NCBI GenBank assembly: GCA_964522055.1
Contig: CAZFUP010000002.1
Location: forward strand, 308-46,765
Source: an uncultured Gammaproteobacteria bacterium
GTDB taxonomy: Bacteria; Patescibacteriota; Patescibacteriia; Patescibacteriales; UBA12465
Direction of reading: 5' to 3'
DNA length: 46,458 bases
The position numbers and the translations under genes were made by a program. Shown here piece by piece: positions 8,801 to 17,328 of the stretch (within the stretch, counting starts at the first letter, position 1; each line of letters starts with the position of its first letter). The notes beneath the pieces were generated by a model, which worked only from the letters and a program-made list of their open reading frames with translations, was not told the origin of the DNA and made no database searches.

Positions 8801-9747
8801 TAACACTAGAAGATGGTTTGATTCAGATAGACGGACTAGCAACTCCTGCTTGGAGAAACTTTATGACTTTTCCTTTTGATGAAACTTGGCGTCAAGCAGT
8901 TTTAGTTGTTAACAGGGAAGAGGGCTATTGGTCTTTATATATTGACGGCGAAGAAGTTTTTAGAGTTGATACTTTTAAGCTTTTGCCAATTATGAATTAT
9001 CTTGATGTTAGTGGTAATAATGGTTCTTATCGTTTAGATGAGTTAGCTATTTGGAATCGTCCTTTACCCGAGGAAGAAATTATTTATCTGCGTGAGGCAG
9101 AGCAACCATTTGCACCATCTTTTATTCCTCCTCCTCAAGAAAAAGCAGTGTTAAAACATTTTTGGAACTTTAATGAGGGAATAGGTACTAGCTCTTTAGA
9201 TTTGATAGGAAATTCAGAAATGAATTTTAGAAATACAGATTGGAATAATATTGATTTTGAAAATAGCTCTCTTTTAGTTTCTTGTTGTGGAAACACAAAC
9301 AATGCCTCTTTGGCAGAAATTAATTCCAATGATTTATCTTTAACTTATAAATGGCGCCCCAATAGCAATAAAGGAGAGCGTTCAAAAGTATCTCTACGGA
9401 ATGAAACGACGCCTGATATATTTAGTATTGTTTCTGGCAATTTTCTTTCAGCTTATTATTTTTATGGTGGTCGAGATTATTTAAGTAATAATGATGATAT
9501 AAGCATTCCGTCTGATCAAGAATGGCATGATTTAGCGCTTGTTTATGATTCATACCGCTATCAATTAAATTATTATGTAGATGGGGTTTTAAAGAGACAG
9601 CTAGAAAATATCTGGCCACCAGGAAAAGAAGCTATTACTAGCTTAGAAATACTTTCTGAAAATTGGACCTCAGAAATTGATGATTTAGGCATTTGGGAAG
9701 GCGCTTTAAGTGCTAAGCAGGTTGAAGAAATTTCTTCTAATAATTAA
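5845..9747 (+). CDS. Giant secreted/surface protein: signal peptide, permuted papain-like (YiiX/Peptidase_C92-like) domain, acidic linker, 2 x lamin-tail domain (LTD), 2 x LamG/concanavalin-like (Laminin_G_3) domain
   Basis: N-terminal KKKFKIISFIFWLFLFFNLSLS signal. GHVGIYIG...VVEALAEGIV...QWTCVGLVEKIYE has His before Cys, the permuted NlpC/P60 order. FIELYNPGD and GIELYNPTE are LTD cores. DELAIWNRPL..EEI and IDDLGIWEGALSAKQVEEI are typical LamG_3 C-terminal strands. Confidence 0.85.
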   Translation: MKNKKKFKIISFIFWLFLFFNLSLSDCLALPPGALLFRTSSNGKMFGYSGDDLAEVDKGILKNIFPGHVGIYIGKENGVDYVVEALAEGIVKKPASQFVNTANGEKYLGAKMPRSLTAVQQAKAVAIAKSLADSNLTYDFDFKTQKGPKSGQWTCVGLVEKIYESANISNPSNLMALEYDQNYYAVDITADGLDHYSLVSDNGDCFSKDYEFSKIARRTNLLLPAPELIGFNLGLEKDGERYIFFPYTQFLQSELVNVPTDITISSSFDDDKLRGSVNNLSLVLRWSLINNPLSSLKVIGDKISDLALGVKKKMVNTTEEEMNVFLEEVVETVSPETAALAKSIAVINKKSEEEKEEEKEDKKEEELKIPRNEEGEIIVSEYFDQGEESIMALINKGLQAGLKEFFTTGKSSGVTGSFAEDEINEDEEFLFKEELETSSKEEVIKEEIIKEDIKIAKIATINRIYSTGNNDFIELYNPGDYDFDLMAEKYRLEKAKTAEDPSLILRFGNTDDASYPGGTVIKAHDTYLIVKETASKYYLDQADAIAKRSEFTWPSKGYTIYLGKGAISSTQDPDIIEAVGFGKNATYFQGNGPAQEIMENYILKRIHDYGHNNLDFILVKSDDPSIDWTPPKENENNNNNENNVEEETSSVIINENQATSTEELEVVASSTEEVVATSSEEIVATSSLPCGRAIISRIYSRGDSDGIELYNPTEYSLDLAAENYRLEKAKTAEDPSLIMRIGSSSDGLYPGGTVIEPFGTYLISSSDASSYYLEKAQAIATRTEFSWFNSGYSFYLATSSISSSTDSDIVDLVGVGPNALYWQGMGPAPALKDNYVLTRISETKNNNLDFNLVKSDNPEIVWGGDAIVESSSNSIYTFSSDSYDLFSLPEPIISPSLTYLWHFDECYGSVALPAISSTSLELTPNWSVGKFGCAKKNGYDYGWSRAELPQEIDLNSFSISFWFRKETKSPRLSLTLSNENDDFINLTLEDGLIQIDGLATPAWRNFMTFPFDETWRQAVLVVNREEGYWSLYIDGEEVFRVDTFKLLPIMNYLDVSGNNGSYRLDELAIWNRPLPEEEIIYLREAEQPFAPSFIPPPQEKAVLKHFWNFNEGIGTSSLDLIGNSEMNFRNTDWNNIDFENSSLLVSCCGNTNNASLAEINSNDLSLTYKWRPNSNKGERSKVSLRNETTPDIFSIVSGNFLSAYYFYGGRDYLSNNDDISIPSDQEWHDLALVYDSYRYQLNYYVDGVLKRQLENIWPPGKEAITSLEILSENWTSEIDDLGIWEGALSAKQVEEISSNN
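7219..7728 (+). repeat. Lamin-tail-domain repeat 1 (intragenic protein-level duplication)
   Basis: ATINRIYSTGNNDFIELYNPGDYDFDL...YRLEKAKTAEDPSLILRFG...NNLDFILVKSDDPSIDW is collinear with repeat 2. Confidence 0.7.
7921..8430 (+). repeat. Lamin-tail-domain repeat 2
   Basis: AIISRIYSRGDSDGIELYNPTEYSLDL...YRLEKAKTAEDPSLIMRIG...NNLDFNLVKSDNPEIVW. The DNA differs from repeat 1 at many synonymous sites. Confidence 0.7.
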
Positions 9748-9750
9748 TAA

Positions 9751-9777
9751 AAAAAGCCGCTTTAAAGCGGCTTTTTG
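9751..9777 (+). terminator. Rho-independent terminator
   Basis: aaagccgc-ttta-aagcggcttt hairpin followed by Ts, 4 nt after the stop at 9747. Confidence 0.8.
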
Positions 9778-9813
9778 CTTGATTTATTTTTAATTTTCTT
9801 GTATTCTAATAAT

Positions 9814-10199
9814 GTTATCAGGGCAAGCGGGCAATCGCTCTTTTTTATAGATTTTTCTATAAAGAGAGAGGAAAGTCCGGACTTCAAGCTTATTTTAAGC
9901 AATTGATAGTGGGTAACGCCCACCGTCTGCTATAGAGCAGATAGGGAAAGTGCCACAGAGACTATACTAACCTTGTTTACAGGGCGAAAGGTGAAAAGAA
10001 GCTAGGTGTTTCTTTATGAAGCTACTAGTTTCGGCCTCCGGTGACGGAGATGCCGTGGTAAACCCTATCAGAAGCAAGAGCAAACTTTTCTAATTGAAAG
10101 ATTAGAAAAGGAAAAGTAGCTCGCTTGAGCTTTTTAGAGATAAAAAGCCTAGATAAATGATTGCTAGAACAGAATCCGGCTTACAGCTACCTTGATAGC
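9814..10199 (+). ncRNA. rnpB: RNase P RNA, bacterial type A
   Basis: Universal P4 strands GAGAGGAAAGTCCGGAC (about 9857-9873) and ACAGAATCCGGCTTACA (about 10169-10185). Other E. coli-like blocks are also present: GGGTAACGCCCACC, AGTGCCACAGAG, GGTGAAA, GGTAAACCC, AGCAAGAGCAAA, GCTCGCTTGAGC and CCTAGATAAATGATTGC. The P1 ends pair (tatcagggcaagc / gctaccttgata). The ends are approximate. Confidence 0.9.
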
Positions 10200-10221
10200 T
10201 TTATTTATTACTAATTAATAT

Positions 10222-11637
10222 ATGAAAAAAGTTGAAACCTTGTTTTCAGTTTTGTTTATTCCTCTTGATTTTATTCTGCTTCTGCTGGCTGGAATTTCTG
10301 CTTATTATTTAAGATTCTCTGACTGGTCAGCTAACCTAAGGCCGATTATTTTTGATTTGCCTTTTTCAGAATATTTTAATTCTTTGTTATTTATTTCTCT
10401 TTTATGGCTAATTATTTTCGCCATGACGGGTCTTTATAGCATTAGAAGTGCTAGAAAAATAGCTCAAGAGATAAATAAGATATTTTTTGCCTGTGCGTCT
10501 GGATTATCTTTAATTGCTATAATTATATTTTTTAAGCGTGATTTATTTGATTCGCGCTTTATTGTTTTAATTGGCACTCTTTTTGCTTTTTTGTATTTAA
10601 GTTTAGGGCATGCGTTTATTAGATGGTTACAGCGTCGTCTTTATCGTTATGGCATTGGTGTTCATAAAATTATTTTAGTAGGCAATTCTAAGACAACAGA
10701 GAACTTGCTAAGTGAGTTTTCTAGTAACAGAAAAGCTGGATATCAGGTTGTCAAAAGAGTGCGCGATTTTTCTTTAGAAACTGCTCAAGAATTAACTGAG
10801 TTTACTTCTTCTTATGAAGTTGATGAAATAATTCAAAGTGATCCTAATTTAAGTAAGGCTGAAACTTTACGTTTATATGACTTTGCCAATGATAATCATA
10901 TAACCTTTCGTTATGTTGCCGACTTACTGGAAGTAAAGGTTTTAAGAACAGATGTTTCAGAAATTATTGGCATTCCAGTAGTAGAGGTAAAAAGAACTAC
11001 TCTGGAGGGCTGGGGACGCATATTTAAACGTTTGTTTGATATTTTTGGATCAACTATTCTAATCACTATTCTATCTCCTTTAATTATTTTGACCATGTTA
11101 GCCATTATTATTGATTCTCACGGACCAATCTTTTTTTCTCGTCGAGATGATGGTAGCCCAGTTTACCGCATTGGCCAAGGTGGACATCCTTTTCGTTATT
11201 TTAAATTTCGTTCCATGATTCCCAACTCTGATAGTATGCGTTATAAGGAGTTAGCTGATAAAAATCTTCGTAGTGAAGGGCCGCTAGTTAAAATAAAGGA
11301 TGATCCGCGTGTTACTCGTTTCGGTCGCATGATTAGACGCTGGTCTATTGATGAGTTGCCAGAATTATTTCTTGTTTTTATCGGCCGCATGAGTCTAGTC
11401 GGTCCTCGTCCTCACTTACCAGAAGAGGTGGCTAAATACGAAAACTATCACCGCAAAACTTTAACGGTGAAACCAGGCATAACTGGTTTAGCCCAAGTTT
11501 CTGGACGAAGTGATTTATTATTTGAAGAGGAAGCAAAGCTAGATATATATTATATTGAAAACTGGTCTATGCTTTTAGATATTTCTATTTTATTTAGAAC
11601 ACCGCTAGCTGTTTTTAAACATCGTCAAGCTGAGTAA
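10222..11637 (+). CDS. Polyprenyl-phosphate sugar phosphotransferase (WbaP/exopolysaccharide priming glycosyltransferase, Bac_transf family)
   Basis: N-terminal TM segments, then KRLFDIFGSTILI, RFGRMIRRWSIDELPELFLVFIGRMSLVGPRP and KPGITGLAQVSGRS, which are hallmarks of bacterial sugar transferases. Confidence 0.9.
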   Translation: MKKVETLFSVLFIPLDFILLLLAGISAYYLRFSDWSANLRPIIFDLPFSEYFNSLLFISLLWLIIFAMTGLYSIRSARKIAQEINKIFFACASGLSLIAIIIFFKRDLFDSRFIVLIGTLFAFLYLSLGHAFIRWLQRRLYRYGIGVHKIILVGNSKTTENLLSEFSSNRKAGYQVVKRVRDFSLETAQELTEFTSSYEVDEIIQSDPNLSKAETLRLYDFANDNHITFRYVADLLEVKVLRTDVSEIIGIPVVEVKRTTLEGWGRIFKRLFDIFGSTILITILSPLIILTMLAIIIDSHGPIFFSRRDDGSPVYRIGQGGHPFRYFKFRSMIPNSDSMRYKELADKNLRSEGPLVKIKDDPRVTRFGRMIRRWSIDELPELFLVFIGRMSLVGPRPHLPEEVAKYENYHRKTLTVKPGITGLAQVSGRSDLLFEEEAKLDIYYIENWSMLLDISILFRTPLAVFKHRQAE

Positions 11638-11662
11638 TAAAAAGATAAATTAAAATAAAAAA

Positions 11663-12778
11663 ATGAAAGTTGCTTTAGTTCATGATCATTTAGCACAAAA
11701 TGGCGGAGCCGAAAAAGTTCTGAAAGTTTTTGCTGACATGTTTAAAGATGCCCCTATTTATACACTGCTTTATGAAAAAAATGAGGTTGATAAATATCTA
11801 AAAGGCAGACAAATAGAAGCTTCTATTATCCAAAAACTGCCTGGCGGAGTCAAGCATTATCAATGGTATTTGTATTTTATGCCTATAGCGGTAGAATTTT
11901 TTGATTTATCAAAATATGATGTTGTTATTTCCGATACCAGTTCTTTTGCTAAAGGAGTAATTACTAAGCCAGATTGCCTCCATATTTGTTATTGTCATAC
12001 CCCAACCCGTTATTTATGGAGTGATACTCATCAGTATATAAACGAACTTAAATATAACAAATGGATTAAGAAAATAATCTCTTTGGTTTTGAATAAAATT
12101 AGAGTTTGGGACAGATTAGCAGCAGATAGAGTTGATTTTTTTGTTGCTAATTCCAAAACAGTTCAAAAGAGAATAACAAAATATTATCGTCGCGATTCTA
12201 CTGTTATTTATCCACCAGTTGAAACACATCTTTTTAATATAAATTATCAAAAAAATAAAGCAGATTCAGAAAAATATTTTTTAGCTGGCTGTCGTCTAGC
12301 TCCTTACAAAAGAATAGATCTCTTGGTAGAAGCTTTTCGTTTTTTAGGTTCCGATTATAAGTTAAAGATATTTGGCGACGGCGTTGACTTGGAAAGATTA
12401 AAGATAATAGCAGGTAACGCCTCTAACATCGAGTTCTTAGGCAGAGTTGATGAAGAAGAAAAGATTAAATTATTTGAAAATGCCGAAGCTTTTATCAATC
12501 CTCAAGAGGAGGATTTTGGCATTACTGTTATTGAAGCTATGGCGGCCGGACGTCCGGTTATTGCTTATCGCTCTGGCGGAGCAACAGAAACCATCATTGA
12601 AGGGAAGACGGGGTTATTTTTTGATGAACAAACCAGAGAATCTTTAATGGAAGTTATTCAAAAATTTTCTGAATATAATTTTAATTCAGAAGAGATAAAA
12701 AATCATGCCGAGCAATTTTCTGTAGATAGTTTTAAAAAGCAAATCAATGATTTTCTTGCTAGTTTAGGGAAGTTATAA
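11663..12778 (+). CDS. Glycosyltransferase, GT4/GT-B family
   Basis: C-terminal E-x7-E-type region QEEDFGITVIEAMAAGRPVIAYRSGGATETI. Confidence 0.85.
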   Translation: MKVALVHDHLAQNGGAEKVLKVFADMFKDAPIYTLLYEKNEVDKYLKGRQIEASIIQKLPGGVKHYQWYLYFMPIAVEFFDLSKYDVVISDTSSFAKGVITKPDCLHICYCHTPTRYLWSDTHQYINELKYNKWIKKIISLVLNKIRVWDRLAADRVDFFVANSKTVQKRITKYYRRDSTVIYPPVETHLFNINYQKNKADSEKYFLAGCRLAPYKRIDLLVEAFRFLGSDYKLKIFGDGVDLERLKIIAGNASNIEFLGRVDEEEKIKLFENAEAFINPQEEDFGITVIEAMAAGRPVIAYRSGGATETIIEGKTGLFFDEQTRESLMEVIQKFSEYNFNSEEIKNHAEQFSVDSFKKQINDFLASLGKL

Positions 12779-12792
12779 TAAAAGATGCTAAT

Positions 12793-13944
12793 ATGAAAAT
12801 AGGGGTAGATATTAGAGTTTTAATGGATAAGCACTACAGCGGAGTTTCAGAATACTCCGCTAATTTATTAACAGCAATTTTAAACATTGATTGCGAAAAT
12901 ACTTATAAATTATTTTATAATTCTTGGAGCATAAAAGAAGATAAATTTTTTTCTTGGTTGAGAAAAAATACTAAAATTAAAGCTTGTCGTTTTTCCAATA
13001 AGATTTTTAATTACATCTTGCAAAAACTTTTTCATTATCCAAAACTAGATAAGTTTGTTGGCGGAACTGATATTTTTTGGTCACCTCATTTTAACTTTAG
13101 TTCTTTTAGTGATAAAACTAAAAAAATAATTACCGTTCATGATCTTTCTTTTCTGCGCTACAGAGAATTTTTCAGTTGGCGAAAAAATTTTTGGCATCTG
13201 GCCTTAGCTGTTAAAAAGAATTTAAAACTAGCTGATAGGATAATAGCAGTTTCAGAAAATACCAAAAATGATTTGATAGAGCTTCTTGGTATTTCAGAGG
13301 AAAAAATAAGTGTTGTTTATTCTGGAAATAACTTTATAAAAGCTTCTTTTAGCGAAGAAGAAAGAGATAATTATTTTAAGGAACATAAGATAAAAGAACG
13401 TTTTGTTCTTTATCTTGGCAATATTGAACCACGTAAAAACATTTCTGGATTAATTGAAGCTTTTAATAATCTACGCAGTCAATATTCTGGCTATGATGAT
13501 TTACAACTAATTCTAGCGGGAGCTAAGGGATGGAAAACTAAAAAAATTATTAAAGCTGCTAAAAATTCTCCATTTTATCAAGATATTATTTTTCTTGGTT
13601 ATGTTAGCTCTAAAGAAAAAAGTATTTTGTATCAAAGTGCTTCTTTGTTTGTTTATCCTTCTTTTTATGAAGGCTTTGGTTTTCCGCCTCTTGAAGCCAT
13701 GTCCTGCGGATTGCCGGTTATTTGTTCTAATGTTTCTAGCTTGCCAGAAGTAGTATCTGACGCTGCTTTACTTATAGATCCAGGAAAGAGCGAGGAAATT
13801 ACTTTTGCTATGCATTCTCTGTTATCAGACAGATTGTTGGCTGATTTTTTAAGAAAAAAGGGATTAGAAAGAGCTAATTTTTTCTCCTGGGAAAAAGCGG
13901 CTAAATCTTATTTAGATATTTTTAAAAAAGAGTATGGTGGATAA
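12793..13944 (+). CDS. Glycosyltransferase, GT4/GT-B family
   Basis: YPSFYEGFGFPPLEAMSCGLPVICSNVSSLPEVV. Confidence 0.85.
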   Translation: MKIGVDIRVLMDKHYSGVSEYSANLLTAILNIDCENTYKLFYNSWSIKEDKFFSWLRKNTKIKACRFSNKIFNYILQKLFHYPKLDKFVGGTDIFWSPHFNFSSFSDKTKKIITVHDLSFLRYREFFSWRKNFWHLALAVKKNLKLADRIIAVSENTKNDLIELLGISEEKISVVYSGNNFIKASFSEEERDNYFKEHKIKERFVLYLGNIEPRKNISGLIEAFNNLRSQYSGYDDLQLILAGAKGWKTKKIIKAAKNSPFYQDIIFLGYVSSKEKSILYQSASLFVYPSFYEGFGFPPLEAMSCGLPVICSNVSSLPEVVSDAALLIDPGKSEEITFAMHSLLSDRLLADFLRKKGLERANFFSWEKAAKSYLDIFKKEYGG

Positions 13945-15034
13945 GAAAAAAATAGTAAAAAAGAAAAAACGAGTATTAGTAGCGATGTCAGGCGGAGTTG
14001 ATTCTAGTGTTGCCGCTAAACTTTTAAAAGATCAGGGATATGATGTCTCTGGTGTTTTTTTGCATTTTTGGAAAGACGAATCAGCCTTGCCTTTAAATAA
14101 TAATTGTTCTTGTTTGCCTGATTCTTTAGCTGATGCCAAATCTGTGGCAGCTAAAATTGGTATTCCACTTTTTACTTTTGATTTTTCTCAAAAATTCAAA
14201 GAAGTAGTTGTGGGTAATTTTTTAGATGAATATCAAAAAGGGAATACCCCTAACCCCTGTGTTATTTGTAACAAAAAGATAAAGATAGGCATGCTTTTAA
14301 AAAGAGCCCAGGCTTTAGGATTTGATTATTTAGCCACTGGCCATTATCTTGAGATAAAAAAAGCAGGTTCTAAATATAAACTTTTTAAAGCCAAGGATGA
14401 TAAAAAAGACCAAACATATTTTTTATATAATTTCAAACAAGAAGATTTAAAACGTCTTTTATTTCCCCTTGGTAAATACAGTAAAGTACAAATAAAAAAA
14501 ATGGCAGCTAAGTTTAGTCTTACTATCGCCAATAAGGCAGAGAGTCAAGACATTTGTTTTTTGTCTGGCGATCATAATAATTTTTTAAAAAAGTATCTTA
14601 GATTAAAGCCAGGTGATATTAGAATTTTAGATACAAATGAGAAGATTGGCGACCATCAAGGGCTGCCTCTTTATACCATTGGGCAAAGACGAGGATTAAC
14701 GGGTGGAAAGGGGCCATATTATGTAGCTAAGTTTGATTATAAAAAAAACATCCTTTATGTCGTAAAGGAATGGAATCAAGATATTTTATATGAAAAAGGC
14801 TTAATAGCTAAAAATGTTAATTGGTTAAGCGAAAAATCACCAAAGAAAGAATTTAATTGTGAAGCAGTTATTCGTTATGGTCATAAGTCAGTTAAATGTA
14901 TAATAAAACCTAAAAATAAAAATGATTATTTAGTTTTATTTAAAGAAAGACAAAGAGCAGTTACATCAGGGCAAAGCGTTGTTTTTTATAATAAAAAAGA
15001 GCTATTAGGCGGCGGGATTATTGATGTGCTATAA
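13934..15034 (+). CDS. mnmA: tRNA-specific 2-thiouridylase MnmA
   Basis: PP-loop VLVAMSGGVDSSVAA, NPCVICNKKIK, GHY...DQTYFL, and SQDICF. The start overlaps the upstream stop by 11 nt. Confidence 0.92.
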   Translation: MVDKKKIVKKKKRVLVAMSGGVDSSVAAKLLKDQGYDVSGVFLHFWKDESALPLNNNCSCLPDSLADAKSVAAKIGIPLFTFDFSQKFKEVVVGNFLDEYQKGNTPNPCVICNKKIKIGMLLKRAQALGFDYLATGHYLEIKKAGSKYKLFKAKDDKKDQTYFLYNFKQEDLKRLLFPLGKYSKVQIKKMAAKFSLTIANKAESQDICFLSGDHNNFLKKYLRLKPGDIRILDTNEKIGDHQGLPLYTIGQRRGLTGGKGPYYVAKFDYKKNILYVVKEWNQDILYEKGLIAKNVNWLSEKSPKKEFNCEAVIRYGHKSVKCIIKPKNKNDYLVLFKERQRAVTSGQSVVFYNKKELLGGGIIDVL

Positions 15035-15070
15035 TGATTTTTGTATTTAAAATTAATTTACAAAAATATT

Positions 15071-15427
15071 ATGTCACAACAACTCCCCGATGTTTTTAAA
15101 AGAATTCAAGAAAGAAAAAAAGAACAGCGCGATTTAAAAGCAATGTATCGCGATGTTCTATCAGTCAATGGTGAATACCAGAGAGTGATAGAGGAATTAG
15201 AAGCTTTAAAAATAAAGAAAAAGAAAATTTTAGCCGGAGTACAAGCTGAGCTTAAAGAAGAATTTGATAAACTTGAGGGCTTGAAGTTGAATATCGCTGG
15301 CGATAATCAATTACTTAGCGATTTAGCGCTTAATCAACTGGCAAAAGGCGAGGCAATAAAGATAGTTGATGAGAACAAAGTTGAGTATGAGCCGGTTTTT
15401 ACCGTTAGATTTAAAAAGACTAACTAG
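15071..15427 (+). CDS. Small hypothetical coiled-coil protein
   Basis: The ORF is tracked from TTG 15041, and the first ATG at 15071 (MSQQLPDVF...) is more plausible. K/E-rich heptad-like sequence with no recognisable family. Confidence 0.5.
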   Translation: MSQQLPDVFKRIQERKKEQRDLKAMYRDVLSVNGEYQRVIEELEALKIKKKKILAGVQAELKEEFDKLEGLKLNIAGDNQLLSDLALNQLAKGEAIKIVDENKVEYEPVFTVRFKKTN

Positions 15428-15437
15428 ATAAATAAAA

Positions 15438-15467
15438 ACAGGCCAGTTGTATAAAGGCCTGTTTTTT
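15438..15467. terminator. Bidirectional rho-independent terminator between convergent CDS and tRNA-Leu
   Basis: acaggcc...ggcctgt hairpin flanked by an A-run upstream and a T-run downstream. Confidence 0.75.
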
Positions 15468-15471
15468 ATTG

Positions 15472-15555
15472 TGCCGCGGGAGGGACTCGAACCCTCATGA
15501 AGTCGCCTCCGCATGATTTTGAGTCATGTGCGTCTACCAGTTCCGCCACCGCGGC
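15472..15555 (-). tRNA. tRNA-Leu (anticodon CAA), type II with long variable arm; no encoded CCA
   Basis: The reverse complement folds as GCCGCGG / D arm GCG-GAACTGGTAGA-CGC / CATGA-CTCAAAA-TCATG / 15-nt variable arm / GAGGG-TTCGAGT-CCCTC / CCGCGGC-A. Confidence 0.9.
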
Positions 15556-15653
15556 TTTGCTTATAACTGAATTACAAAATCAAGTATAATAAATAAAAAA
15601 CCAATTGTCAAAGGGAGTTCTTTAGGATATAATGAACATATCATAAATATTTT

Positions 15654-16415
15654 ATGGGTAAAATTATTGCAATTGTTAATCAAAAAGGTGGGGTTGGAAA
15701 AACCACTACTTCGGTTAATCTAGCCGCTTATTTGGCTCATTTAGGCAAAGAAGTTTTGCTACTTGATCTTGATCCGCAGGCAAATGCGACCTCTGGCTTA
15801 GGCTTAGATCATCGCAACTTAGAAGCGGGAATATATGAATCTTTGATTTTTAAAAAACCTATTCGTCAGATTATAAAAAGAACTTTGCAAAATAATTTAA
15901 AAATTGCCCCAGCCACACTGGCTTTAGCTGGAGCTGGTGTAGAGATGGTTGCTTTGGAAAATAGGGAATTCCGCTTGTCTATGATACTAGAAGAAGTTCG
16001 TCAGGATTTTGATTTTATAATCATAGACGGACCACCATCACTCGGTCTTTTAACTGTTAATAGTTTAGTGGCAGCTGATGAAGTTTTAATACCTATTCAA
16101 AGTGAATATTATGCTTTGGAAGGTTTAAGCCAATTACTGGAAACAATCAGTTTAGTCCAGGGTAATTTAAAGCCATCACTAGGAATCATGGGGGCAGTTA
16201 TTACCATGTTTGATAAGCGTAATAAATTATCAGGTGCAGTTATGGAAGAGTTGTATAAGTTTTTCCCTAACAGAATATTCAGATCAGTTATTCCACGTAG
16301 TGTTCGTTTAGCTGAAGCACCAAGTTATGGTCGTAGTATATTACAATACGATCCTAAATCACGAGCAGCTAAAGCTTATGAAAATTTAGCTCGTGAAGTT
16401 TTAAGTATTATTTAA
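15654..16415 (+). CDS. parA: Chromosome partitioning ATPase ParA/Soj
   Basis: Deviant Walker A NQKGGVGKTTT, DLDPQANATSGLG, IIDGPPSLG. Confidence 0.93.
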   Translation: MGKIIAIVNQKGGVGKTTTSVNLAAYLAHLGKEVLLLDLDPQANATSGLGLDHRNLEAGIYESLIFKKPIRQIIKRTLQNNLKIAPATLALAGAGVEMVALENREFRLSMILEEVRQDFDFIIIDGPPSLGLLTVNSLVAADEVLIPIQSEYYALEGLSQLLETISLVQGNLKPSLGIMGAVITMFDKRNKLSGAVMEELYKFFPNRIFRSVIPRSVRLAEAPSYGRSILQYDPKSRAAKAYENLAREVLSII

Positions 16416-16446
16416 TACTGTTAATTAAGTAAATAGTGATAAATAT

Positions 16447-17328
16447 ATGCCTCAAGGTTTAGGCCGTGGACTCGGCTCTCTAATCCCTAAAAAAACGGTA
16501 ACTTATGGGCGTAATCCCTTTAAATCTGATTTTGATCAGGAAGAAGAAACGCTAGTTCTTCATGATTCAGACCAGATTTTAAAAGTTGATCCAAACCTCA
16601 TTTCTATTAATCCGCAACAACCAAGAACTAATTTTGACACTAAAGCACTTGAAGATTTAGCAGAATCAATTAAAGAACACGGAATAATTTCGCCTTTGTT
16701 GGTAACCCGTCTAGAAAAAGGATTTGAGCTTATTGCTGGTGAACGTCGTTTGAGGGCGGCTAAGATGATAGGTCTAAAAAAAGTACCAGTTATAATCCGC
16801 GAAGAAGAAGAGCAGAAGAAATTAGAGATTGCTTTAATTGAAAATTTGCAAAGAGAAAATTTAAATCCACTGGAAACAGCTTATGCCTATCGTCGTTTAA
16901 TGGATGAATTTAACATTACTCAAGAAGAGGCATCAAAAAGAGTAGGAAAGGCTCGTTCTAGTGTAGCTAATGCCTTACGTCTTTTAAGCTTGCCAAAAGA
17001 AGTGCAAGACGCTTTAAGCGAAGGGAGAATAAGCGAAGCACATGCTAAATATCTTTTAAGTTTGGAAAATAGTGCTAAGCAGGTTGTAATGTTAAAAAAG
17101 ATATTACGCCAAAACATGACAGTTGCTGAAACTGATAGGGAAATAAAGCGTCTTAGCGGTTTTAAGAGTAAGCCAACTAAAGATTATTTTGATCGCTCTA
17201 AGGAAGAGGAGCTAGGCGAGTATTTAGCTACTAGAGTTGAAATAAAGCGCCACGGAAGGGGTGGCAAGTTAATAATTGATTTTTATTCCGAAGATGAATT
17301 AAATGGTATTTTAAAGAAAATTAAATAA
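16447..17328 (+). CDS. parB: Chromosome partitioning protein ParB/Spo0J
   Basis: GLGRGLGSLIP N-terminus, NPQQPRTNFD, and the GERRLRAAKMIGL ParB box. HTH region QEEASKRVGKARSSVANALRLLSLP. Confidence 0.93.
   Translation: MPQGLGRGLGSLIPKKTVTYGRNPFKSDFDQEEETLVLHDSDQILKVDPNLISINPQQPRTNFDTKALEDLAESIKEHGIISPLLVTRLEKGFELIAGERRLRAAKMIGLKKVPVIIREEEEQKKLEIALIENLQRENLNPLETAYAYRRLMDEFNITQEEASKRVGKARSSVANALRLLSLPKEVQDALSEGRISEAHAKYLLSLENSAKQVVMLKKILRQNMTVAETDREIKRLSGFKSKPTKDYFDRSKEEELGEYLATRVEIKRHGRGGKLIIDFYSEDELNGILKKIK

Noticed and set aside
15323-15514. 63-aa minus-strand ORF.
   Set aside because: It overlaps tRNA-Leu, the bidirectional terminator and the 3' end of the upstream CDS, so it is spurious.
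15556-17328. parS centromere site or oriC (DnaA-box cluster) near parAB.
   Set aside because: I looked for TGTTNCACGTGAAACA-like palindromes and TTATCCACA clusters in and around parA/parB and the flanking intergenic regions. I found none by eye. A proper pattern scan could still find degenerate sites.
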